64,000 nucleotides of DNA, taken from NCBI GenBank assembly GCA_963805975.1, contig CAWDVR010000001.1:1455911-1519910 (forward strand). Reading direction: 5' to 3'. The position numbers were made by a program, and so were the translations under genes. The DNA is from an uncultured Acidobacteriota bacterium (lineage in GTDB: Bacteria; Acidobacteriota; Thermoanaerobaculia; Multivoradales; SZUA-115). A model generated the notes under the pieces. The model worked only from the letters and a program-made list of their open reading frames with translations, had not been told where the DNA came from and made no database searches. Shown here one piece after another: positions 52,501-60,539 of this stretch. Every line of letters begins with the position of its first letter. Position 1 is the stretch's first letter.

Positions 52501-53089
52501 CGAGCAGGAGGAGCGCTTCACTTTCCTCACCACCCAGCGCGCCGACGTCGTGGCCTCGATCGACAGCCTCAAGAAGACCATCCGCGAGATCAACCAGGCG
52601 TCGAGCGTGATGTTCCGCGAGACCTTCGAGCAGGTGAACAAGACCTTCGGCGAGGTGTTCACCCGCCTCTTCCGCGGTGGCGAGGCCGAGATGCGGCTGC
52701 TGGACGAGGAGGATCTCCTCGAGTCCGGCATCGAGATCGTCGCCCGCCCGCCCGGCAAGCGGCTGCAGAACATCATGCTGATGTCCGGCGGCGAGAAGGC
52801 CCTGACGGCGATCGCCCTGCTCTTCGCCCTGTTCAAGAGCCGGCCCTCGCCGTTCTGCATCCTGGACGAGGTCGACGCTCCGCTCGACGACGCCAACGCC
52901 CTGCGCTTCGTCGAGCTGCTGCGGGAGCTGACGGGCGACACGCAATTCATCGTCATCACCCACAACAAGCTCACCATGGAGATCGCCGGCACGCTCTACG
53001 GCGTGACCATGGAAGAGCGCGGCGTGTCCAAAGTGGTCACGGTCGAGCTCGACGAAGTGCAACCCGAGCTCCAGGCAGCGACGGCGTAG
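49559..53089 (+). CDS. smc: chromosome segregation protein SMC
   Basis: GFKSF, GPNGCGKSN, coiled coils, MSGGEK, LDEVDAPLD, ITH. Confidence 0.96.
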   Translation: MLRLERIDLSGFKSFVEPVGLNFHGGITAIVGPNGCGKSNISDAITWVLGEQSAKSLRGDRMEDVIFTGSERRAPLGMAEVTMTLATDPSSELAEEGRITIARRVFRSGESQYRINGKLVRLKDVKDLLMDTGLGIRAYSVIEQGKIGMILSGKPQERRRLLEEAAGVTRYKTRKRVAEMKLEEASANLLRLDDIVSEVERAMRSLKRQASAAERYQEREAEYRELLVRVMTGRWSRLQSRLADLAARLGAAVDQETELAATVTRDEAELAAGRETLERQAKALADEHERHTSLGARIEGRQEFLKVNRVNLGEVGERITAGLELAARRETEMEGQRAHLASLAGRRLELAAELDGAKNAAGEGRQLLASAEEQLGASSARLEERRRELFAATAEGNGLRGRLQQEQIELERRNFRQTHLATELERYQFEVKQSQEQLEMAREAVGALERRGAEKESELDGMKRAVEETMRREAAVTERRRTVEAELATARQRRQTLTELAEAHSRGRAGLEEALAAAGIAHPSYLEERLEAAAGWERSLDFYLGSLADAVVLEPGASALELARAFADGRTGATLLTPIEAAPEAWPQVEDAALALPLSQALGLPPELAAALPPAYLVDRATDAERLARRYPGIAFLSPDGVWAQGGLVHVEGREALPGVLERERELAGLGARLPGLELSLAEAIEALEATIAERAHRAKEAHRVEGELTQLRQEAAVATARRQDAEERHRRLALELGAVADERTEVERQLHLVIERRGAVLSDLERCETRLAELQAAFDLAQRDLDAAKGEKENLRADTASRLGRLELLAERLAAHDRETRRLEGEITDGERQVKLWRDEAERLTRRRAELEAATEQAEGELQAFLEERASSEDAVLTAQERLDEGRATVRSLEERIAAARGGHAEARSTVEDLRVTQAGARQEAEHLSGAFREQLAQEAPPEPGEAPSDLVEMETDLARRKEVLERMGPVNALAVVEHAEQEERFTFLTTQRADVVASIDSLKKTIREINQASSVMFRETFEQVNKTFGEVFTRLFRGGEAEMRLLDEEDLLESGIEIVARPPGKRLQNIMLMSGGEKALTAIALLFALFKSRPSPFCILDEVDAPLDDANALRFVELLRELTGDTQFIVITHNKLTMEIAGTLYGVTMEERGVSKVVTVELDEVQPELQAATA

Positions 53090-53144
53090 GCCGCCGGAGG
53101 GCGCACGCTGTGCGCCCCTACGAACCTGCTTTCGGAGGGAGAGA

Positions 53145-54093
53145 ATGTTGCGACTCTGCCGGACCTTCTGCCGTCTGTGGATCGCCGGGCTCTTCCTCGC
53201 AGCCTCAACGGCCTTCGCCGCCGAGCCGGCGCCCGCTCCCCCGCCGCCCACACCCCCGCCACGAATTCTCCTCGTCACCGCCCACCCGGACGACGACGCC
53301 CTGTTCTCGGGCGCGGTCTACAAGACCACCCATGCCCTGGGCGGCACCGTGGACCTGGCAGTGGTCACCAACGGCGAGGGCGGCTATCGCTTCTCCACTT
53401 TGGCCGAGCCCATCTATGGCCTGAAGCTGACCGACGAGGCCGTGGGCCGCGCCTACCTGCCCTCGATCCGCAAGCGGGAGCTGATGGCCGGCGGCGCCAT
53501 CGTCGGCATCCGCAACTACTTCTTCCTGGACCAGCTCGACAGCGCCTACTCCCTCGACATGGCGAAGATCTTCGCCGGTGAGTGGGACGTCGAATGGGTG
53601 AAGAAGCGCCTCGGCGAGGTTCTCGCCAAAGGCCGGTACGACTTCGTCTTCGTGCTGATGCCGACGCTCGCGACCCACGCCGGCCACCGCGCCTCGGCGA
53701 TCCTCGCGCTCGAAGCGGTCAACGCGCGCCCAGCCACCGAGCGCCCGATCGTCCTCGGCGGCACGGCGCGGGTCAAAGACCGACCCGACGAAGCTCCCTT
53801 CACCGGCCTTGACGACTATCCCTTGACCAGAATTCGCCCCAACTCCCCGGCTTTCGAGTTCGACCGCACCCAGAAGTTCGGCCTCGACAACCGGCTTGGA
53901 CTTGCAGATCATCGCCAACTGGGTCATCGCCGAGCACAAGTCCCAGGGCACCATGCAGCTCCTCGTGAACCTCGCCACCCACGAGCGCTACCTCTACTTC
54001 GACCTCAACCCGGAAGCCGGCCTCTCCAGGACCCAAGCCTTCTTCGACCGCCTCGCCGCGGCCCCGCTCCAGGGCTCGCAGCCATCGAAATGA
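53145..54093 (+). CDS. secreted PIG-L/LmbE family deacetylase, frameshift near 53896
   Basis: AHPDDD, TNGEGG, R..E, H.GH. The C-terminus (IIANWVIAEHKSQG) continues in another frame after an extra T in CGGCTTGGAC. Confidence 0.8.
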
Positions 54094-54109
54094 GGCCATC
54101 GAACAGCCG

Positions 54110-54139
54110 TTGCGCTCCGCCGCGCACTTCCCCTACAAT
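54110..54139 (+). promoter_or_regulatory. sigma70 promoter for tRNA-Thr
   Basis: TTGCGC-N18-TACAAT. Confidence 0.6.
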
Positions 54140-54168
54140 CTCTCTCCCTCGGCAGTCAGTCCCACCAC

Positions 54169-54243
54169 GCCGACGTAGCTCAGGGGTAGAGCAGCTGATT
54201 CGTAATCAGCAGGTCGTCGGTTCAAATCCGACCGTCGGCTCCA
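54169..54243 (+). tRNA. tRNA-Thr(CGT)
   Basis: GCCGACG/CGTCGGC acceptor stem, anticodon arm GCTGA-TTCGTAA-TCAGC, GGTTCAAATCC T-loop, encoded CCA. Confidence 0.96.
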
Positions 54244-54459
54244 AGTAAACCACACAGAAGAAAGAAGTTACGGACCTCATCGAAATCGTCCTCTCAGCCC
54301 GTTTTTGCGCCAGCATGCGCCTGGCATGCGGATAGGCACGAGCTGGCCTGCCAGGGGGTTGGCTGGGAGCAGTCCGGGCTAAAGCGCGAGCGGCGGGGTC
54401 GCCAGCTTCTTCTCCAAGATAGGCGAGAGGCTGGTCGGCAGGGTTCGCCAACACCCTTC

Positions 54460-54741
54460 CTACTCCTCACGGTGGGCTGGTTCGATCGACGCGAATCCAC
54501 GTGCCACGCTCGCGAGAAGCTCGGCATCCGGCTCTCGTTCGAGCGCCTCGGCTGCGCGCCAATAATTCCCCCTCATCATCTCCATTCTGGAGCCGAGGGC
54601 TCTCGGAAGGGCAAGGAACTGGGGTTACAGCGTCCTGACTGCCTCCTCGAGAATCGTCAGCGCCTCCTCGCGACGGCCCAGAGCGCTGAGCATGGAGCCC
54701 AGGTTGTTCAGGCTCGAAGCCAAGTCGGGTCGGAGGGCGTC
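54460..54741 (-). pseudogene. C-terminal fragment of a TPR-repeat protein
   Basis: DALRPDLASSLNNLGSMLSALGRREEALTILEEAVRTL*PQFL...; in-frame TAA, no 5' part. Confidence 0.65.
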
Positions 54742-54778
54742 GCGCACGCTCGGTGGCAGCCGAGGCTCGAGGGTGTAT

Positions 54779-55234
54779 CTATCGAAGGAGTAGGTAGCTG
54801 CGGACCAGGACTGTGTAAGGTGGCTTGAACACTGGAGTCAGCTCCTGGGGCCGCACCTCTTCCTCGGAGCCAAGGAAAAAGAGCTGGAAGTCGAAGCTCA
54901 GGAGTGCGTGCCTCGCTTCCGGAGAGGGCGGTGGCTCGAAGAGCCATTGCCGAGCTGCTACCAGAGCAGCATCCTCCACCCAAGAGAGGCGCTCATGGAC
55001 GCGCTGGAGGACACGCGCCTCCGCGACCTGGCCGCCGGATGCGATGGTGACCTCGATTTTCACAGGGCCGACCACACGCGCCCGCCGTGCTATCTCTGGA
55101 AAGACGGGTGCAACGGCCTCCCGAACGGCTGGAACAGAGGGTGCCGCGCCTTCCTCAGCAAGAGCCGCAGAGAGTGCCACAGCGAGGGCGAGCAGAAAAA
55201 GAGCGAGATGGAAGGCTCCATTGCGTCTTTTCAT
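54779..55234 (-). CDS. TonB C-terminal domain protein
   Basis: Signal/TM segment, PVFPEIARRARVVGPV...AALVAARQWLFEP. Confidence 0.8.
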   Translation of the reverse strand: MKRRNGAFHLALFLLALAVALSAALAEEGAAPSVPAVREAVAPVFPEIARRARVVGPVKIEVTIASGGQVAEARVLQRVHERLSWVEDAALVAARQWLFEPPPSPEARHALLSFDFQLFFLGSEEEVRPQELTPVFKPPYTVLVRSYLLLR

Positions 55235-55398
55235 GGCCGCTTCCTTCGAGAGAGGGAGTCTGGCTCAACTTTTAGCGGTCGGAGACAGGTTGACCTCACG
55301 TGGTGCAGCGATCTCGGCCTGCGGAATCCGACCGCCGCCCAGCTTGCTTCGGATCGCCACAATAGGCTGAATACAGCACGATCCGGAGATCAATCGCA

Positions 55399-56165
55399 TT
55401 GCGTCCTGAGACCTTTCTGCCCTACCACAGCCTTTTCACGCGAGAGGAGCTAGCGACCATCCTCCGTGAGCGCGGCCGGGCGGAGGCCACCGTAGATTCT
55501 CACTTGGCCCGTTGGCGCCAGCAAGGCCGAATAGCGCGAGTCAAGCAGGGGGTCTTTGTCCGACTTGAAGCACCGAGGGATGGGAAGGTGCCCTCGCTCC
55601 GGACGCGGCCGTTGCCTACCACACAGCACCCGAAGCCCTCGGGTATGCCCAGAGCCTCTTCGAGCGACTGACCTTCGTCACGTGGACCAAAGCGAAGCCC
55701 ACTGTGTTCCAAGAGCTCCGGTTCGTCCCGGTTCGTCCGCGAGCGCCGCTCCTCGCGGAGAATGGGGGCGATCGCTGGATCGAGCGCGCGAACAGAGCGG
55801 GGATCGAGATCCGCGTCACCACCCTGGAACGGACCGTGGCGGACGTGCTCGACCGGTTGGACCTCGCTGGCGGTGTCGAGGAAGTCTGGCGCTCGCTCCA
55901 GTCGGTGCCGGCGCTCGACTCCCGAGCACTCGAAGAGTACGTGATTCTCCTCGGAAGTAGGACGCTGGCCGCCAAGGTCGGCTTCTTCCTGGAGTCTCGC
56001 CGTGAGGAGCTGCTCGCTTCCGCGCCGCTTCTCGAACGCCTGCGCGCCCGAGTCTCCCGCGCCCCGGTCCACATGGAACGCCACCGCGGGGGCCGCCTCG
56101 TCTCGCGCTGGTCGCTCATCGTGCCAGACGTCCTGCTCCAAGAAAACAGCGGGGAGCCGACATGA
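55399..56165 (+). pseudogene. AbiEi-like type IV antitoxin, frameshifted
   Basis: wHTH (GRIARVKQGVF), AVAYHTA and RVTTLERTVADVLDR distributed over several frames. Confidence 0.65.
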
Positions 56166-56542
56166 TCACGGCCAGGGATGTAACGCACTTGGCGGCGGAA
56201 ACCGGGTTCCGATCCGAACTGGTCGAGAAGGTGCTGCGCCTCCACGGCATCCTGGGACGGCCGGCCCAGCACGAGATCACCCGCTAAGCGTGGCTGCTGA
56301 AGGGAACCGCCCTTAACCTCCTTCACCTCGATGTGCCGAGGCTTTCGCTCGACATCGACGTCAACTACATCGGCGCTCAGGAGGTCGAGGCCATGCGACA
56401 CGCCCGCCCCGAGTTCGAGCGCGCACTCACCGCCTGTTGCGAGCCAGAGGGCTGTGCCGTGCGACGGGCCCCGTCCGAGCACTAGGGAAGAAAGTTCCTG
56501 CTGCGCTATCCGAGCGTACTCGGAGGTTCGCAGAACCTCGAG
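56162..56542 (+). pseudogene. AbiEii-like nucleotidyltransferase toxin, truncated
   Basis: ETGF...VEKVLRL, LKGTALNL (degenerate KGGT), PRLSLDID; two in-frame stops; 3' half missing. Confidence 0.7.
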
Positions 56543-56646
56543 GCCGCCTTGTGCAGGACGAGCTGGCGGACCTGGAGCCCGAAGCAGACTCAACCCCGTT
56601 GTAGAGTAGAGCCCGGATCTGCCCGGTGAGGGACGAAAGGTCGACC

Positions 56647-56868
56647 ATGGCCGTACCCCAGCTTGACATCCAGCGCCTCAGCCCAGAGGAGCGCATTCAG
56701 CTTGCCGAGGATCTGTGGGACAGCCTCCTGGAGACCCCTGAGGAGGTTTCTCTGACCGCGGCCCAGGCCGAGGAGCTGGACCGGCGACTGGATGCCTACC
56801 AAGCGGATCGGGACCCAGGCGAACCTTGGAGGGACGCCCTCGAACGCATGGGCAAGTCTCAAGGATGA
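56647..56868 (+). CDS. addiction-module antitoxin (type II)
   Basis: LSPEERIQLAEDLWDSL...ELDRRL...GEPW; overlaps the toxin start. Confidence 0.85.
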   Translation: MAVPQLDIQRLSPEERIQLAEDLWDSLLETPEEVSLTAAQAEELDRRLDAYQADRDPGEPWRDALERMGKSQG

Positions 56869-57161
56869 TCCCGCCCCTCTCTCTGCGACCTCTGGCCCGT
56901 GCTGAGATCCAGGAAGCCTACGAGTGGTACGAGGAGCGCCGGCCGGGGCTCGGGGAGGAGTTCCTTGAGGCAGTCCGCGAGGTGCTGGAGGCAGTCGAGA
57001 ACGCGCCGCTGCGCTATCCCGTGATCCGCAGGAGCGTGCGTCGTGCTCTCCTTCGGCGCTTCCCCTATTCGATCCTCTATGTGGCTGAGCCGGCCGCAAC
57101 TGTCGTCCTCGGTTGCTTCCACGCTCGACGCGACCCGCAGCAATGGTACGACCGGCGCTGA
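56865..57161 (+). CDS. RelE/ParE family toxin
   Basis: AYEWYEERRPGLGEEF, RRFPYSILY, FHARRDP. Confidence 0.88.
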   Translation: MIPPLSLRPLARAEIQEAYEWYEERRPGLGEEFLEAVREVLEAVENAPLRYPVIRRSVRRALLRRFPYSILYVAEPAATVVLGCFHARRDPQQWYDRR

Positions 57162-57354
57162 AACCGGCTCCGCGTTCGGCCCTGGAGCGTGCTTGCAGGA
57201 CTACGGTGGCGAGAGCGTGCTTCCTGCGAGGGGCGGCCAGCCCAGCCGCAGCTTGAGGCGGGCCTCGATCGGAGAAGTTTCGCGGCGTCGAAGAAGCCCC
57301 CGGTCACCTCGGGGGTCCGGTGCCAGCCAGGCAATAGCCCTTCGGAGCCGCTGG

Positions 57355-57389
57355 TTGCACAAAACTAAAGCGTGGCTTAATGTTTGTGC
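57355..57389 (+). promoter_or_regulatory. promoter and inverted-repeat operator of the AbiE operon
   Basis: TTGCAC-N17-TAATGT overlapped by GCACAAA / TTTGTGC. Confidence 0.6.
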
Positions 57390-57392
57390 GCA

Positions 57393-58031
57393 ATGGGCAC
57401 AGCCGGCTCGACTCAAGAAGGCTCTCCGGATTGGGATGCGCTCTTTGGCGTCGCACAGGCTCAGAGTGGCTACTTCACCACGAGACAGGCAGCCGCGGCA
57501 GGCTACTCGCCGCAGCTGCTTCGCACATACCTGGGCAACGGGAGAGTCGTGCGAGTGCGGCGGGGCGTCTATCGGCTCGTGCACTTCCCGGCCAGCGAGC
57601 ACGAGGATCTTGTCGTGCTCTGGCTCTGGTCAGAACAGGCTGGCGTTTTTTCCCATGAGACCGCGCTCGCACTGCACGATCTTTCGGACGCGCTGCCTTC
57701 AAAGGTCCACCTGACGGTCCCGTGGAGCTGGCGGCGGCGGCGGTTGCGGACACCGGCGGGCCTCTTCTTGCACTACGCTGACCTTAGCGACAGCGATCGC
57801 GCGGGGTTCTCCGTCGTACCCGCCACGACGCCGGAACGGACCCTACGGGACTGCATCGAGGCAAGTGTCTCTCCCGAGCTTGTGCGCCAAGCGGTGCGCC
57901 ATGCCGGCCGACGTGGGCTCATCTCGAAGGAGGACGGCGCCGAGCTAGATCTCGCCCTCGACCGCGCATCAGAGAGAGCGGACGATGACGAGTCGCTACG
58001 CGACGCCTGCCGCTTTCAAGCAGGCCCTTGA
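57393..58031 (+). CDS. AbiEi family type IV antitoxin
   Basis: QSGYFTTRQA, RVRRGVYRL, SHETAL..HDLSD, TTPERTLRD. Confidence 0.85.
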   Translation: MGTAGSTQEGSPDWDALFGVAQAQSGYFTTRQAAAAGYSPQLLRTYLGNGRVVRVRRGVYRLVHFPASEHEDLVVLWLWSEQAGVFSHETALALHDLSDALPSKVHLTVPWSWRRRRLRTPAGLFLHYADLSDSDRAGFSVVPATTPERTLRDCIEASVSPELVRQAVRHAGRRGLISKEDGAELDLALDRASERADDDESLRDACRFQAGP

Positions 58032-58885
58032 GCAGCGGATCAAGTCCTCGTCGACCACCGGCGTCGACTTCGCGCGTCGTCGCCAGCCGCTTGCCTTCGA
58101 TCGCTTCCTCGCTCGCGTCGCCGCCGTTGTTGGCGACACGGTGACGCTCAAAGGGGGGCTAGCTCTCGAAATGCGCCTCGCCGGGCGAGGACTACCAAAG
58201 ACATCGATCTGCGCATGATGGGTTCAGCAGGCACCGTCCTCGGCCGACTTCAAGCTGCTGGGCGTCTCGATCTCGGCGACTACATGGTCTTCGAGGTCCA
58301 GCCGGACTCAGATCATCCTGAGATCTGGAACGAGGGGATGCAGTACGACGGCTATCGCTATCGCGCCGAATGTCGTCTCGCGGGCGCGATTTACGGCCGA
58401 CCGTTCGGAGTCGACGTGGCCTTCGGGATCCTCTCGTAGGCGAGCCCGACCTAGTCGTGGCCGACGACCTCCTCAGCTTCGCGGATATTGCCCCTCCGAC
58501 GCTCCGCTTGTACCCGGTCGTCTCCCACATAGCAGAGAAACTGCATGCCCTGACCATGCCGAGGAGCCGGCCGAACACTCGGGTAAGGGACCTTCCTGAC
58601 ATCGCCCTGCTCGCCACGATCGGCCCGATCGAAGGGACAAAGCTTCACCTGGCACTCGAGAGGACGTTCGGCTTCCGAGGAACTCATGCGCTGCCTGCAT
58701 TGGTTCCCGCTCCGCCGGCGTTCTGGGAAGCACCCTACGCTGCGATGGCCTCCAGCGACGGACTGATCTGGCAAACGCTGGCGGAGGCGACGAAAGCCGT
58801 ATCAGCGTTCCTCGACCCTGCACTCGATTCAGTCAACTGTGGGACTTGGGAGCCGATGGACTGGCGCTGGGAGCATCACTCATGA
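57985..58885 (+). pseudogene. AbiEii family toxin, two frameshifts (~58185, ~58430)
   Basis: YATPAAFKQALE..FDRFLAR..LKGGLALE / RTTKDIDL / HIAEKLHA..NTRVRDLPD across three frames. Confidence 0.75.
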
Positions 58886-59054
58886 GCCCGCCCTCGTGAA
58901 CAAGGCGCTCCACGACGGCCCCGCAGTCCAAGAGCGAATCCGGACCCAGCCCATGCTGGTCTGGAAGGCCCAGCACGTCGGCGAGTATCGGCGAGGCAAC
59001 GGACCACCATAGCGGTGGTGCCTCGATACGAGTACCCGAGGACGACTTCGGGGG

Positions 59055-59324
59055 TCATTGATCGCGGGAGTCCGGCCCCTTGGTTTCCGCTCCACTTGGT
59101 TTCGTGTGGCGCACATGATGCTCCGCCGTGCTCTTCCTCCGGCGCGACTCAATCCAGGAATCGAGATCCGCGAGCTTGTAGTAGGCCCGCCCGCCGAGCT
59201 TGTGGAAGACGGGACCCTCCCCTTCGGAACGCCAGCTTTCGAGCGTACAAGGTTGGAGTCGGAGATAGGCAGCGGCTTGCCTTGTAGTCAGGAACGGGGA
59301 GACGGGACCCGAAGCTACAGCCAT
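59055..59324 (-). CDS. excisionase-like helix-turn-helix protein
   Basis: FLTTRQAAAYL...TLESWR.EGEGPVF.KLGGR..Y...DLDSWIE. Confidence 0.85.
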   Translation of the reverse strand: MAVASGPVSPFLTTRQAAAYLRLQPCTLESWRSEGEGPVFHKLGGRAYYKLADLDSWIESRRRKSTAEHHVRHTKPSGAETKGPDSRDQ

Positions 59325-59799
59325 AACGCACCCTCTAATGTAGGCTGCCACCGGCGTCTGCCCTCCAGGCTCCGATCCGGCAGCAGGATGGTTGAGCTGG
59401 CACGCTCGACCTGCCACCGTTCTCCGATCGGCAGTCGAGAGCACCGATGAGGCTGGAGGGTGAGAACCACGAACTACTCAGTTTTCTTCCAACCCTTTCT
59501 TACTGATTTTGAACCGCTCCGAGTTCGGCTGCGGCAGGTCGGATGGCAATGACGGTAGCAACTGGGAGCTTTGGTGAATCCCGGGGAACTAGGCGTTAGC
59601 CGGCTGAACCGACTAGATCACGGTCGGGAGGAGTGCGTTCGAAGATCGCCCACTGAGGACCCGCCGAATGCTAGACCCTCTTCGAGTTGCTCGGGTTTCC
59701 TCGACCCTGCTCGAAGCGGAGCGTTCTTCCTTGCCGGCAGAGTTGCACACCTCATCGGAGCCACAGTAGCCTGCATTCGTGAGCGCCGCCGGAGGGGAC

Positions 59800-59840
59800 G
59801 AGCAAGCTGTGTTTTCGCTATGCGAAAACCCCCCGCTCGC
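59800..59840. other. putative oriT
   Basis: GAGCAAG...GTTTTCGC-TAT-GCGAAAAC...CTCGC hairpin upstream of mobC. Confidence 0.5.
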
Positions 59841-59965
59841 GAGCTCACGGGTCGCTTGCCAGGGGAGGTCCCCTGGACCCCCTGATGGCTCGCTTCGCTC
59901 GGGAAGAGCGATGGAAGCAATGGCACCGCACCGAAGTGGCCATGTCGTAAGCCTGACGAGAAAGT

Positions 59966-60076
59966 GTTTACGGCCCGTAAACGCGGGGGTTGATCAGTTC
60001 GGTTGCTTTCCTGTTTACGGGCCGTAAATACAGGAGTGATCAGTTCGGCTATCTAACCGTTTACGGGCGTAAACGG
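59966..60076. repeat. three palindromes GTTTACG-N2/3-CGTAAA separated by two TGATCAGTTCGG direct repeats
   Basis: Palindromes at 59966-59982, 60013-60029 and 60059-60074; period about 46-47 bp. Confidence 0.8.
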
Positions 60077-60131
60077 CAGCCCGGCTTGTGCAACAGATGG
60101 CGAGAAACCTACGCCTCGGAGGCCCCTTCGC

Positions 60132-60539
60132 TTGGACGATAGGCGTGACGGACTCAGCACCCGAGGCGCGCGCCCTCGCCGGCCCGGCCGTCCTCGCCTA
60201 CCGGAGACGGACCGCCGGAAGCTGGGTGTGCTGGTTCGGGTGTCGGTGACCGAGCTCAAGAAGCTACGAGAATCGGCGACGGAGGCCAGGCTTGCCGTGG
60301 CATCCTACCTGCGGGTGGTTGGGCTGCGGCACCGGGTGCGCTCTGCGCAATCCCCATTTGACCTTCGGCTGATCGGCGAGCTGAACCGGTTGGGCAACAA
60401 CCTCAACCAACTCCTGATCCTCACCTACACCCATCGGGCGCCGAGCGCCCTGGCCCCGACCCTTGAAAGTCTCCGTCTTCTCCTCGAGTCGCTTCGCGCC
60501 CTTCTGGCCAGTGAGCGCCTGTCAGGAGAGCCGCCGTGA
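60132..60539 (+). CDS. mobC: MobC relaxosome accessory protein
   Basis: RHH-like N-terminus and ELNRLGNNLNQL; overlaps the relaxase start. Confidence 0.88.
   Translation: MDDRRDGLSTRGARPRRPGRPRLPETDRRKLGVLVRVSVTELKKLRESATEARLAVASYLRVVGLRHRVRSAQSPFDLRLIGELNRLGNNLNQLLILTYTHRAPSALAPTLESLRLLLESLRALLASERLSGEPP

Noticed and set aside
50582-53278. Long antisense and alternate-frame ORFs (e.g. 50582..53278, 14087..16123, 3601..5445, 18640..20898)
   Set aside because: Shadow ORFs expected opposite real genes in high-GC DNA; no recognisable motifs.
53885-53905. PIG-L gene frameshift, with the ORF reading through tRNA-Thr to 54248
   Set aside because: Removing one T joins the two frames and ends the gene at 54093; the overlap with the tRNA is an artefact.
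59966-60076. CRISPR mini-array
   Set aside because: Only three imperfect units, the spacers share a 12-mer, and there are no cas genes.
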